Sequence record: MW749006.1
Length of the DNA: 64,000 bases
Strand: one strand, 5' to 3'
Part shown: one piece after another, positions 1-9,380 of the stretch
Layout: each line of letters begins with the position of its first letter
Position numbering within the stretch: the stretch's first letter is position 1
Translations under genes and position numbers: made by a program
The notes under the pieces: generated by a model
Told to the model about the DNA's origin: nothing
Seen by the model: only the letters and a program-made list of their open reading frames with translations
The model's database searches: none

Positions 1-1432
1 TAGTAACCCCTTCCTTCAGGAAGGGGGGGGGGGGAGGAATTGGAGTAGATAGATAATACTCTATCTACTCGGTTAACTTACATATTACCTAGCAACGAGT
101 TCCTAACTAAGTATCTATTGTAGCGCCTAGCGTTCTTCTCCTTCTTACAAGTACGTAGTCTATCTACTAGTAACCAAGGTGAATGAGCTATGAGTTGTAA
201 GTCTGTTAGTTTAGCATACTTAGTCAAACGTCTAGCAGTGTGATTAGAATGTAAACTAACTCTATCTACTCCATTGTTACCACCTATTAGACATTTACCG
301 TGCTTAACATGCTCTACTAGAGTACCTCTCTGAATACCTAGAGACATAGTGCCACCATACCTATTTCTAGTACCTCCTTTCTTGAATTTAAGTCGGTGTA
401 GCTGTCTCCTAGTATGAGTAAGTGGTTTGAGTTCTAGTACGTGAATCATGTCAGGTTTCGGTTGGTTACCCAAAACCTCGTTAGCTAACACCCAGGAATC
501 TACGCAGTGAGAATCAAACAACTTAGAAGCTTTGTTCGTAGTCTTAAACAAACCTAAACGTCTTCTGAAGGATGCTGTTTGACTTCCTTTGAAAGTGTTA
601 AGAGTAAAACCCAGCTCAGTTATTCTACCGTATAACCAATTCTTACCAGCTTGAATAGCTGAGAATCTTAGATTACGTCTACTACCACCTTTCTCAGTAG
701 CGACGTTGACATCCTCTACAACCACGTCTGTAACTGGATATAACCTAGCAAACCACTTCAGAATGTTAAGTTTAAGTTGCCACCTAGCTTTAGTAGAGGG
801 TGGAACCCACCCTTTACTTCTGGAACGATTCATTTTGTTAGCTCGGTACGGTGTCTTACGATATCGTCTAGCTCTCCTAGAGTTACTTCTGGCCTCCATA
901 ATCTTCTTTATGTGCTTAGCATTAGCAGCTAGTGAGTTGACGTTTAAGAAAGTACGAGTAGCTGACTTAACCGTGTATCCTTCAAAGCTACTTCCTGGAT
1001 CTATACCAACCGCAACGGATTGAACATCACCATCACTTCTATCCGTTAGTTTGATGTAAAACAAACCTTTAAGGTGTCTAGGTATAGCTTTACCTTTGGA
1101 CATTAGTTTCCTAGCTCTCTTGGGAGAGCAAGGCATCAAGGGTTTACCTGTGGAAGACACCACAGGAACCCATCTTTGTTTTGCAGAGTCACTGGAGTTC
1201 AACATGTGAACACCTCCATAAATTAGTCCCTTACGGGATCTTGATAACAAGTTAGGGTCTCTTCGCCACTTTCTACCATAGAGGTCCGAACTAGAGAAGT
1301 ATTCGAGACGTATTCCTGTGACTACCACGTCGCTGTAGCTAAGTTACAAACCGGCTAGTACAACTGTTTAGTCTCGCTGGAGTAGTTTGGCTACTCTTCA
1401 CAAGCCCCTTCCTTCAGGGAGGGGTAGTTGAC
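1..1432 (-). mobile_element. Non-autonomous IS200/IS605-superfamily (OMEGA) element carrying isrB and its omegaRNA; distal end truncated by or lying at the window edge
   Basis: Near-identical subterminal hairpins ccccttccttcaggaagggg (7-26) and ccccttccttcagggagggg (1405-1424), 19/20 identical, bracket the omegaRNA and isrB. No TnpA ORF lies between them. Confidence 0.8.
78..1205 (-). CDS. isrB: IsrB RNA-guided RuvC nickase (IscB family lacking HNH), 375 aa
   Basis: PLMP motif (GKPLMPC), RuvC-I GIDPG, Arg-rich bridge helix RSNSRRARRYRK, RuvC-II VVVEDV, RuvC-III SHCVDSW; no HNH. ATG at 1205 with SD GGAGG upstream; the longer ORF-track start runs into the omegaRNA. Confidence 0.85.
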   Translation of the reverse strand: MLNSSDSAKQRWVPVVSSTGKPLMPCSPKRARKLMSKGKAIPRHLKGLFYIKLTDRSDGDVQSVAVGIDPGSSFEGYTVKSATRTFLNVNSLAANAKHIKKIMEARSNSRRARRYRKTPYRANKMNRSRSKGWVPPSTKARWQLKLNILKWFARLYPVTDVVVEDVNVATEKGGSRRNLRFSAIQAGKNWLYGRITELGFTLNTFKGSQTASFRRRLGLFKTTNKASKLFDSHCVDSWVLANEVLGNQPKPDMIHVLELKPLTHTRRQLHRLKFKKGGTRNRYGGTMSLGIQRGTLVEHVKHGKCLIGGNNGVDRVSLHSNHTARRLTKYAKLTDLQLIAHSPWLLVDRLRTCKKEKNARRYNRYLVRNSLLGNM

Positions 1433-1452
1433 TGATTTAACCTTTCTGTGGT
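1215..1452 (-). ncRNA. omegaRNA (HEARO-like): scaffold ~1432-1215 plus 5' guide ~1452-1433
   Basis: The minus strand begins GTCAACTACCCC-hairpin-GGGGCTTG. It then shows a gagtag/ctactc stem, AGACTAA, CTAC..GTAG, CGAA-TACTTCTCTAG-TTCG, CTCTA, TGGCGAAGAGAC and a tccc-GTAA-ggga hairpin, the typical order upstream of iscB/isrB. Confidence 0.75.
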
Positions 1453-2105
1453 TGTATGTGCATTGAGATTAGATAAGTCTTTAGTGTCTTAGTAGACTCT
1501 ACTCCAGTTGAATACGTGGATAGTGACTTAAGATCTACTGTGCCGTATCTACCCATCATAGCGTTGTAAGCATTGAACCCACCTTTATCACCACCGCGAA
1601 ACTGAGTGAGTTCAGTGATAGTCTTATCTAGTCCCATACCCATTAGTACTTGTAGTTCAGGATAAGAGATCTTAGCGCCCTTAGAAGCTCCTGTGGGTTG
1701 GAAGGTGAGTTCATCTATAGTCTTGTTGTCATCTGGTAATGAAATCTTTTTATAGAGAGTCTGAGACTGTCTACGAAACGGTAGGTCAATCACTAAGTAC
1801 TTGTTAGGAGTCATGTGATCTGGTTTATCTGGATCGTTCTCTATCTTAAGACGTTCGAAGAATTCTACACCATACTTCTTAGCTATCTTTAGATTGTTCT
1901 CTACAGTTACACCATTGGCCTTGTACATAGGTTTGAAAAATACAATTGACTGGGTACCTTCTTGTATTTTTTTCATCCAGTTATCGAAATCTTTATCTGA
2001 CATCTGTTTAAAGATAGTGTTGTACTGTTCTACGTTATATCCAGTTGGTTCTATATCTTTAAGAAATTCAAGTATGAAGGCTTCAGCTTTCTTTCTGTTT
2101 GACAT
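1437..2105 (-). CDS. Virion RNA polymerase beta subunit, C-terminal part (phiKZ gp149-like)
   Basis: ASKGAKISYPELQVLMGMG resembles the RpoB C-terminal GGQRFGEMEVWAL motif. Start MSNRKK at 2105; jumbo-phage context. Confidence 0.7.
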   Translation of the reverse strand: MSNRKKAEAFILEFLKDIEPTGYNVEQYNTIFKQMSDKDFDNWMKKIQEGTQSIVFFKPMYKANGVTVENNLKIAKKYGVEFFERLKIENDPDKPDHMTPNKYLVIDLPFRRQSQTLYKKISLPDDNKTIDELTFQPTGASKGAKISYPELQVLMGMGLDKTITELTQFRGGDKGGFNAYNAMMGRYGTVDLKSLSTYSTGVESTKTLKTYLISMHIQPQKG

Positions 2106-2226
2106 GAGGGGAATCCTTCTATAGGGAAATGTAGTCAAAACATAGCTTGGGGTGTAGGAATTGAATTTCAATACAGTGACTGGTTTTTGGACCTAAGTAG
2201 GTTTATTTCTGAGTGAGGAGCAAGAC

Positions 2227-4074
2227 ATGCGAATTAAAACACATAGACAAGGTGGACATGAGTCAGGTGGATTGTCTCTAGGTGGCGGTAAGATGGCTGG
2301 TCCATTGACACTGTTTAGAGATCCCATTGAAGAACTAGAAGCCGTGACAAAACAATATGTAGATACATTAGGTACTCGTTTAGACGCAAGTTCTATCAAG
2401 ACTGGTATTCTACCTGATCGTTTGTTAGGTGGATGGCAGGGTGATGTTACTACTGACGTAGGTAGTCGAGTTACTACAGTTGGTGGTGTTGTTACTCCAG
2501 GTGAGTATACAAGTGTGGAAGTAAGTGATACAGGTCGCGTGGTTGATGGTGGTTTGATAACCGCTAACGATGTACCTGGTTTAGATTGGACTAAGTTTAC
2601 TAAAGATATGCCAAGTGACTTAGCCGGGTACGGTATCACTGACGGTATTAGTACTCGCGGTGATACATTAGAAGGTTACTTGATCCTGGAAGATCATCCT
2701 TCTATAGACAATGAGATCTCTAGTAAACAACACACCGATAGTTTGTTTCCTATTGAAGATAAAGATCGCGTTAAAGTTGGTGATGTTATTCGTAAGACTA
2801 CGGATGTTACTCCTCCAGGTTTCTTAAAGTGTAATGGTTCTATTGTAGATAAAACTATGTACGCTAATTTATACGCTTCTGTTGGTAATAAGTTTAATAA
2901 TAACATATCTAAAGGAAACGGAACTCCATGGTTCCAACAGTATGAAATAAATTCGGAACCCACTACCCCGACTTTTAATTGGACTGTAGGTTCTTCTATG
3001 CCAGTTTCTGGAGGGGGTGCAAGATCTAATATTCTAGTTACTAAAAATAGAGTTTATATCTTAGGTAATACTGCTAGTTCAGCGATATTGTCTGCTCCTA
3101 TATTACCAAACGGCGATGTAGGAACATGGACGGTAGTTGGGGATATAAATTATATTAACCCCATCACTAGTAAAAAACAAACCATGTGGTATTCAAGTGG
3201 AGTTGTAGTTTATAATAATGTTGTTTACCTTATAGGTGGTGGGGGGTTTAACTTTGCTTGTTTTAAAGCCACTATAAACCCCGATGGCACTATTGGATCT
3301 TTCACACTTTTACCCAATCCTTTAATTGAGGTAAATCGAAACTTTAGTCACTTTGTTTTAGGTAATAAAATTTATGTGGTTGGTGGTTACAAAGATACGT
3401 TACCTGGTTTAGATTCTTTGCCAGGTGGTCATGTATATAACACTTATTCTTGTTATATAAACACGGACGGAAGTTTAACTCCATGGACATTAGAACCTCA
3501 CTTAGTATGTCCTCCTGAAAATTCTCCAGAACGAGGTATAGCTGTAGTTACTAAAAATAGAGTTTATATGGTAGGATTAGAATCTCTAAACTCTAAAAAC
3601 GTGTTAATGTCTGAAATAAAAGAAGATTTATCTTTAACTCCTTGGGTAATTTTAAAAGATTATTTACCACAAAAAATAGTTGAGTGTAGAGGTGTGGTTA
3701 CAAATAAATCAGTTTATTTATTTGGTGGCGCTAATCATACAACATCACCTTCCGTATTATCTAACGATATAAATAAAGCCACTATTAATTTAGATGGAAC
3801 TTTATCTAAATTTGAAACTATTGGACAAGTTCCAAGTTTACCCTTCACCGATTCAAGATCAATAATTGTAAATAATAAATTACATCTATTCGGTATGAAG
3901 GATTCGGAAGATTTAAACTACATTACTATGAGTACTCCATTTCCGGGAGGAAGTAATGACTACTCTGAGTATTATAACGGTAGTCATTTAAATTTAGTTT
4001 ATTCTAATAAATTTACTTTACCTAATTTAAATTTCCAAACTAACAACCAATATAACTACTACATCAAGTACTAA
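2227..4074 (+). CDS. Tail fibre protein with collar-domain motifs and six Kelch-like repeats
   Basis: N-terminal EAVTKQYVD motif shared with the ORF at 63364. Collar motif TPPGFLKCNGS...YANLYASVG; repeats VTKNRVYILG, VYNNVVYLIGG, VLGNKIYVVGG, VTKNRVYMVG, VTNKSVYLFGG, IVNNKLHLFG; terminal FTLPNL. Confidence 0.75.
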   Translation: MRIKTHRQGGHESGGLSLGGGKMAGPLTLFRDPIEELEAVTKQYVDTLGTRLDASSIKTGILPDRLLGGWQGDVTTDVGSRVTTVGGVVTPGEYTSVEVSDTGRVVDGGLITANDVPGLDWTKFTKDMPSDLAGYGITDGISTRGDTLEGYLILEDHPSIDNEISSKQHTDSLFPIEDKDRVKVGDVIRKTTDVTPPGFLKCNGSIVDKTMYANLYASVGNKFNNNISKGNGTPWFQQYEINSEPTTPTFNWTVGSSMPVSGGGARSNILVTKNRVYILGNTASSAILSAPILPNGDVGTWTVVGDINYINPITSKKQTMWYSSGVVVYNNVVYLIGGGGFNFACFKATINPDGTIGSFTLLPNPLIEVNRNFSHFVLGNKIYVVGGYKDTLPGLDSLPGGHVYNTYSCYINTDGSLTPWTLEPHLVCPPENSPERGIAVVTKNRVYMVGLESLNSKNVLMSEIKEDLSLTPWVILKDYLPQKIVECRGVVTNKSVYLFGGANHTTSPSVLSNDINKATINLDGTLSKFETIGQVPSLPFTDSRSIIVNNKLHLFGMKDSEDLNYITMSTPFPGGSNDYSEYYNGSHLNLVYSNKFTLPNLNFQTNNQYNYYIKY

Positions 4075-4087
4075 CAAACACTAACTA

Positions 4088-4121
4088 ACCACCAAGGGAG
4101 CCTCTCGGTTCCCTTGGTGGT
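4088..4121. terminator. Bidirectional hairpin between convergent genes
   Basis: accaccaagggagcc-tctc-ggttcccttggtggt, 15-bp stem. Confidence 0.65.
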
Positions 4122-4142
4122 ATTCTATTATACTCAACACCA

Positions 4143-4457
4143 CTAAAAGAAGTATTCTTCGTTCTCTTTCAAGAATGGTAATATAACTAACTTAACATCA
4201 TCTAACCAACCTTCTGATCCATTAGCTATATTCAAAGCCATACGAATCTGTTTAGGTACTGCACTCTCTTTAGTGGAGTTCATAAACAAACCATGAAACA
4301 ACATAGTTAAGTAAGTGCGCTGTACATTCATAGCTTTATCATAAGCCATAGCAAAGTTACCGTTACCGGTTACCTTCTGAATACTCTCTTCTTTAAAACC
4401 CATTCGTCGCATTTCTTCTACAACAATACTACATAGATTAATATCCACATCGACCAC
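4143..4457 (-). CDS. Hypothetical protein
   Basis: 104-aa ORF filling the gap between a terminator and the next gene; start uncertain. Confidence 0.6.
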   Translation of the reverse strand: MVDVDINLCSIVVEEMRRMGFKEESIQKVTGNGNFAMAYDKAMNVQRTYLTMLFHGLFMNSTKESAVPKQIRMALNIANGSEGWLDDVKLVILPFLKENEEYFF

Positions 4458-4519
4458 CCATTTCTAAATTAATTATATCCGATATACTTTAGACCAGACA
4501 CACAGTAGGACTTCACCGT

Positions 4520-4930
4520 ATGTTCAAAATAATTAAAAAACTCTTTACTAAGAAAGAGTCTCCAGATAAACCTAAAGAAGTTCCTGTAGAGACGCACAAC
4601 TATGATCTCATTAATATCATAACAAACATAATACACAGTGATGACTTTGAACACATCTACTTTAAACCAGTGAGTAAGATCTATCTCATTACTGTATATA
4701 GTATGTCACTCTCAGATCTCTTAGATAACATAACTAATAAGAACTTCAACAGAAGTATCTCAGCTGTTAGTCTACATAACTATCTAGAAGACTCTCACCA
4801 TGACCTACAGCGACAGTTCTTTCGTATCTTGAAGATACTACCCAGTTACAAACTATCACCTCTCATAGAACATGACCTTATAGAGTTCTGTGATGCGTAT
4901 TCTTATTTGAAAGAACTTGGAGTGAAGTAA
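4520..4930 (+). CDS. Hypothetical protein
   Basis: 136-aa ORF, stop overlaps the next start (TAATG). Confidence 0.7.
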   Translation: MFKIIKKLFTKKESPDKPKEVPVETHNYDLINIITNIIHSDDFEHIYFKPVSKIYLITVYSMSLSDLLDNITNKNFNRSISAVSLHNYLEDSHHDLQRQFFRILKILPSYKLSPLIEHDLIEFCDAYSYLKELGVK

Positions 4931-5751
4931 TGGAATCCAAACTTAAACCTTATTCTCTTGGTATAGTAGTTGAACATAAACCAAGAGGTAGTTCAACCGT
5001 ACTAGTTTCACCTGTAGAGACACTTAACCTACAAGGTGAAGGAAGTATGAGAGAAGCTTCTAAGTCCTTTAAAGGAGCTATCCCGGACTCTACTAACTCT
5101 TCCTTTAAGACAGAACAAACATCTACTAACTACATACGTGCTAAATGGTTACCTTTAGGTACGTCTAATAGAACAACACCACCTGACGTTAGAGCCGGTG
5201 AGACTATTCTTATCTATAAGTTTGCTAACGTAGAAGAGTATTTCTGGGAAGACGCTATGACCGAACCTGAGTTACGTCGTTTAGAGGATGTTCTCTATTC
5301 GTATTCTAACTTAGCTGGTGGTGGTGCTCCCCATGACTTAGAGTCTAGTTACTGGGTACGTGTTAATACTAAAGATAAGTACATACACTTACACACCACT
5401 ACCTCAGATGGTGAACCTTTTGAGTATGATATCAAGATAGACACTGCTTTAGGTAACATCAAGATTAATGATAGTGTTGGGAATGATATTAAATTAGATT
5501 CTCCTACCAATACAGTAGAGATAAACACTCAACACGAATGTAATATTACAACAGCAACTAACATCAACTTAACAACTGGTAGCACTGTTAAGATTGTAGC
5601 TGGTTCATTAGCACAGGTGGTAGCTCCTAACATAACGTTAGATGGTGATACTACAGTAACTAAGTCCTTAACAATACAAGGACCAACTAAAGCTATGAAA
5701 GTAATAGACGTTAATGATGTTGTGTTAGCTAGAAACTTTGTACAGAAATAA
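4930..5751 (+). CDS. Baseplate central spike protein (phiKZ gp164-like)
   Basis: N-terminal OB-fold-like segment (SLGIVVEHK...AKWLP...TPPDVRAGETILIY) followed by short beta-helix-like repeats (IKIDT..GNIKIND..GNDIKLDS). Confidence 0.6.
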   Translation: MESKLKPYSLGIVVEHKPRGSSTVLVSPVETLNLQGEGSMREASKSFKGAIPDSTNSSFKTEQTSTNYIRAKWLPLGTSNRTTPPDVRAGETILIYKFANVEEYFWEDAMTEPELRRLEDVLYSYSNLAGGGAPHDLESSYWVRVNTKDKYIHLHTTTSDGEPFEYDIKIDTALGNIKINDSVGNDIKLDSPTNTVEINTQHECNITTATNINLTTGSTVKIVAGSLAQVVAPNITLDGDTTVTKSLTIQGPTKAMKVIDVNDVVLARNFVQK

Positions 5752-5772
5752 ACAACTTGGAGATACCGATAC

Positions 5773-7230
5773 ATGAAACTTCTTTTTCAGAAAAAACCAG
5801 AGTTTACCGAAGTAGATCCGTATAAAATGTTGATAAACATAGGTTGCCTAATGGATATACCAGTAGGTTCTTATGTTCGTGGTCAGAAAGGTGAGAACTT
5901 AATGAATGGTGGTTTCTCTAACCTAGTAGCTATTGCTGGTAAGGGTAACACGTTCAAGAGTACTATTGCGCATTACATGTTCTTATCTGCTGCTAGTAAA
6001 ATGGCTGCTTCTGGTTTGATGCCTTACCTGAACACCTATGATACTGAAATGAACATTAGTTTAGATCGTCTTAATCGCTTTGCTCAGATCTTTCCTGAGT
6101 TTGAAGGTTTTGATCTACATAAGGAAGGAGTTTGGTCAGTTACAGATAAGACTCTTCACTTAGGTAATGAATGGTTTAAGATTCTTAAAGATTTCTTACG
6201 TGAAACTAAAGTAAAGAACAAGAAGAGTTATACCTTCGAAACACCGTTTGTTGACAAAGACGGTAAACCTATTCATATGTTGTTCCCTACCTTTGGTGAA
6301 GTAGATAGTATCTCAGAGTTTGAGACTGCTGACATTGAAGAGATGCAGAATAAGAATGAGATTGGTACCTCAGGTGGTAACACTATCCATATGCGAGCTG
6401 GTCTTGCTAAGACTCGTCTGTTAATGGAACTACCGGGACTGTGTAACACCACAGGACACTACATGATCATGACTGCTCACGTAGGTAAAGAAGGTCCTGA
6501 CATGAACGCTAGTCCTATGAGTCGACCCACTAAGACTCTACAACACATGAAGTCAGGTGAAGCTATTAAAGGTGTTACTGGTAAGTTCTTTTTCTTACCC
6601 ACCGCTGTGTGGCAAACTGCTTCTTCTACTCTTCTTAATAACCAAGGAACTAAAGGTCCTGAGTATCCTCGTTTACGTGATGATCCAGATCCGAACTCTT
6701 CAGATCTTAACATCGTAACCATTCGTATGTTACGTAGTAAGTTTGGTCCCTCTGGTGTTAACCTTAAAGTGATTGTTTCTCAGACTGAAGGTGTTCTTCC
6801 TTCTTTAACTGAATTCCATTTCCTTAAAGAAGATTGTGGTCGTTATGGTATCGAAGGTTCTTTACAGAACTACAACATGGTTCTATATCCAGACGTTAAG
6901 TTACAACGTACAACCGTTCGTAATTTAATTGACACTGATCCATTATTACGTCGTGCTATTAAGATTACTGCTGACTTAGCACAGATTGCTACGTTCTATA
7001 AAACTCTACCGTTTGCTATTCCACCGATTGAAGACCTTTACAAGAAACTTGAAGAAGAATACGGTTGGGGTATCTTACTACAAACAAGAGACTTCTGGAC
7101 TTTCAATCACTACGACCACCCAGTACCATATTTAAGCAGTCTGGATCTACTTGAGATGTACTATGGAACCTACATCCCATACTGGTGGGATCCTAAGACC
7201 AAGACTGTTAAATCACCTAAGAAGAAATAA
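5773..7230 (+). CDS. uvsX: UvsX/RecA-like recombinase ATPase (phiKZ gp152-like)
   Basis: Variant Walker A GKGNTFKST, YDTE motif, Walker-B-like EVDSISE, and a RecA-like MIMTAHV strand. Confidence 0.65.
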   Translation: MKLLFQKKPEFTEVDPYKMLINIGCLMDIPVGSYVRGQKGENLMNGGFSNLVAIAGKGNTFKSTIAHYMFLSAASKMAASGLMPYLNTYDTEMNISLDRLNRFAQIFPEFEGFDLHKEGVWSVTDKTLHLGNEWFKILKDFLRETKVKNKKSYTFETPFVDKDGKPIHMLFPTFGEVDSISEFETADIEEMQNKNEIGTSGGNTIHMRAGLAKTRLLMELPGLCNTTGHYMIMTAHVGKEGPDMNASPMSRPTKTLQHMKSGEAIKGVTGKFFFLPTAVWQTASSTLLNNQGTKGPEYPRLRDDPDPNSSDLNIVTIRMLRSKFGPSGVNLKVIVSQTEGVLPSLTEFHFLKEDCGRYGIEGSLQNYNMVLYPDVKLQRTTVRNLIDTDPLLRRAIKITADLAQIATFYKTLPFAIPPIEDLYKKLEEEYGWGILLQTRDFWTFNHYDHPVPYLSSLDLLEMYYGTYIPYWWDPKTKTVKSPKKK

Positions 7231-7232
7231 TC

Positions 7233-7775
7233 ATGGACTCAGCTCAAACTCAAAGACCTTTTTACAGTGGTCTTCTTGGAGGTAAAGATATGTCTGATAA
7301 TAATCAAGTACTACCACTACCAACAACACCTATCTCTAGTGAGATCTTAGCTCTCTTAGGTCAGCAGACAGATAACTTTATCTCTCTACAACACCTATCC
7401 AAGACACAAGACTACAATCCAGCAGCTATCTTCTTAGCTCAGACTCTTACTTACATTGAAGGTGAGATGGGTCGTAATCCTAGTCTAGTAGCTGAGTGTA
7501 TGACTTACTTAGATATGATGGCGGTGTATTCACTAACTACTAGTGGACAACCATCTCATCTATTTGACTCTATGGTAGATGTAATTATTCATAGTCGAAC
7601 TGTACCTAGTGATGAATTAGAAGGTAAGGTGTTAGCGTTAACTGCTTTATCAGACTTCCTGTTTGATGGATCAGATGCACTTAGAACCTTCTTGAACCAC
7701 AATAAGTACTTAGTGGCTATGTATACCTACACATTAATAGGTCGTATCTCACTAGCTTTCCACGAAGAAGAATAA
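7233..7775 (+). CDS. Hypothetical protein
   Basis: 180-aa ORF in an operon with uvsX, followed by a terminator. Confidence 0.7.
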   Translation: MDSAQTQRPFYSGLLGGKDMSDNNQVLPLPTTPISSEILALLGQQTDNFISLQHLSKTQDYNPAAIFLAQTLTYIEGEMGRNPSLVAECMTYLDMMAVYSLTTSGQPSHLFDSMVDVIIHSRTVPSDELEGKVLALTALSDFLFDGSDALRTFLNHNKYLVAMYTYTLIGRISLAFHEEE

Positions 7776-7787
7776 CCTCAATTAACG

Positions 7788-7816
7788 GAGTCTCTAGTCT
7801 AACTGGCTAGAGACTC
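7788..7816 (+). terminator. Intrinsic terminator-like hairpin
   Basis: gagtctctagtc-taact-ggctagagactc with a T-run nearby. Confidence 0.55.
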
Positions 7817-7850
7817 TCCCCATTTTTTGAATATACACAGGGGTTAGCTA

Positions 7851-8687
7851 ATGAACACTTTAACTTATGTAATCAATGAGATCAAACAACGTATACCGTT
7901 TGAACTCCTCCATGCTGGATTAACGTTCGATGAAACACCAGAGACAGTTAACTTAACTTCTCTAGAAGACAAACTACTTCGTAAAGTAATACGTTCCCGT
8001 GTAATGGTTGACGCTAACATCGTTGGTGGTGTTGAGATGTTGATTCCTCTTAGTGGAGTCTATCCTAGCTACTATGAAGACAACTACACGGTTTACAACA
8101 TACCGCCTGAGTTAACTAACAACCGAGAGATTATCTCAGCTCTTAGTATGATGCCAATGCCAATCAGTGGTCATGGTGGTGGTCGTTTTACTGGTACGAT
8201 GGGAGCTACTCGTGGTGGTGGTGGATTTGGTTCTACATCTCAAGCAGTCAATGGTGTAGCTGACCGTATAGGGAACGCAGCGTCCTCCTCAGCACCGATT
8301 GGACACACACACATAGAACTAGTAGCCTACAACACAATCGTTGTCTACGCACACTACACACAGATCTCCTCTATGGGTTTACGTGTTCTATTAGAGAACG
8401 ATAATAACCTTAACAATATACAACCAAGAAGTTATAATAATCTTGCTATGTTATCTATGCTTGCTACTAAAGCTTATTTGTATAACAAGTTAATCATTCC
8501 TATTAATAGCGGTTACTTAATGGGTGGTCAAGACTTAGGAGTATTCAAGAGTTTGTTAGAAGACTTCAACGGAGCTGAGGAAGAGTATCAGATCTACTTA
8601 AGAGAAGTATGGTCTCCAGTAGCCTATATGAACGATACTACAAGACACAATCGTTTCATTAGTAGCATGCTTGCACCTGACTTATAA
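7851..8687 (+). CDS. Putative virion structural protein (possibly neck/head-completion)
   Basis: 278-aa ORF with a Gly-rich internal loop; resembles conserved phiKZ-like virion proteins found next to uvsX (recollection). Confidence 0.45.
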   Translation: MNTLTYVINEIKQRIPFELLHAGLTFDETPETVNLTSLEDKLLRKVIRSRVMVDANIVGGVEMLIPLSGVYPSYYEDNYTVYNIPPELTNNREIISALSMMPMPISGHGGGRFTGTMGATRGGGGFGSTSQAVNGVADRIGNAASSSAPIGHTHIELVAYNTIVVYAHYTQISSMGLRVLLENDNNLNNIQPRSYNNLAMLSMLATKAYLYNKLIIPINSGYLMGGQDLGVFKSLLEDFNGAEEEYQIYLREVWSPVAYMNDTTRHNRFISSMLAPDL

Positions 8688-8691
8688 ACTC

Positions 8692-8719
8692 AACTAGGTT
8701 GCCTCTGGGTAGCCTAGTT
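8692..8719 (+). terminator. Terminator hairpin
   Basis: aactaggttgcc-tctg-ggtagcctagtt followed by tgtttatgttgtttttt. Confidence 0.6.
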
Positions 8720-8801
8720 TGTTTATGTTGTTTTTTAAATACACGTTGAATATAGTAGTAGACTAATACTAACCCCATATATAGTTACCAGGAGCACTAC
8801 A

Positions 8802-9380
8802 ATGTCTAAGAAATTTAATCCCGAGAAAAAGAAGTTGGCTAAAGTTGTTAAAAGTGTTGTTGATAACGAAGAAGTAATCATTGACATTGAAGATGACGAA
8901 ACGTTCCTAGCTAACAACCCAGTTGACTGGAATGATCTTAACAAGTTGAAAGATGATCTAGGTAATACGATTCTAAACTTTGTTGGTCAAATCAAATCAA
9001 CCATTGAGAACCCACAGGTAGTTAATAACTTAGGTGATCGTGCTGATGAGTTCAAGAAGTTAGTTACTTTGTTCTTCTCTGACATCAGTGATTTCAGTAG
9101 CCAAGTCAAAACAACCCGTGGTGAACATGAACATCGTAGTGGTCGTATTACTTCACTAGAAGACTATAACACTTACAATCGCTTAGCAATCACTTACCAC
9201 AATCTTTACATGGAGTTAATCTCTTTAACTTCACCAACTATGTCTAGTATTGTAATGTTGATCTCAGACATTACAGCTGACATGGATATTAAAGCTAAGA
9301 AAGAAGCTGAAGAAGCAATCGCTGAAACAGCAGAAGTTATTGAAGTTGAAGCCAATCAGGAGAACGTTAAAAATGACTGA
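8802..9380 (+). CDS. Hypothetical helical protein
   Basis: 192-aa ORF with SD AGGAG, overlapping the next gene. Confidence 0.75.
   Translation: MSKKFNPEKKKLAKVVKSVVDNEEVIIDIEDDETFLANNPVDWNDLNKLKDDLGNTILNFVGQIKSTIENPQVVNNLGDRADEFKKLVTLFFSDISDFSSQVKTTRGEHEHRSGRITSLEDYNTYNRLAITYHNLYMELISLTSPTMSSIVMLISDITADMDIKAKKEAEEAIAETAEVIEVEANQENVKND

Noticed and set aside
23-34. 12-G homopolymer next to the IS end hairpin
   Set aside because: Likely slippage or a sequencing artefact extending the hairpin's GGGG arm; no functional evidence.
78-1328. Calling the ORF IscB/Cas9, or using the 416-aa start
   Set aside because: There is no HNH domain between RuvC-II and RuvC-III. The extra 41 codons overlap the omegaRNA, and the SD supports ATG 1205.
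1433-1452. Second target for the omegaRNA guide within the window
   Set aside because: No other match was noticed by eye; a proper search of the whole genome is still needed.
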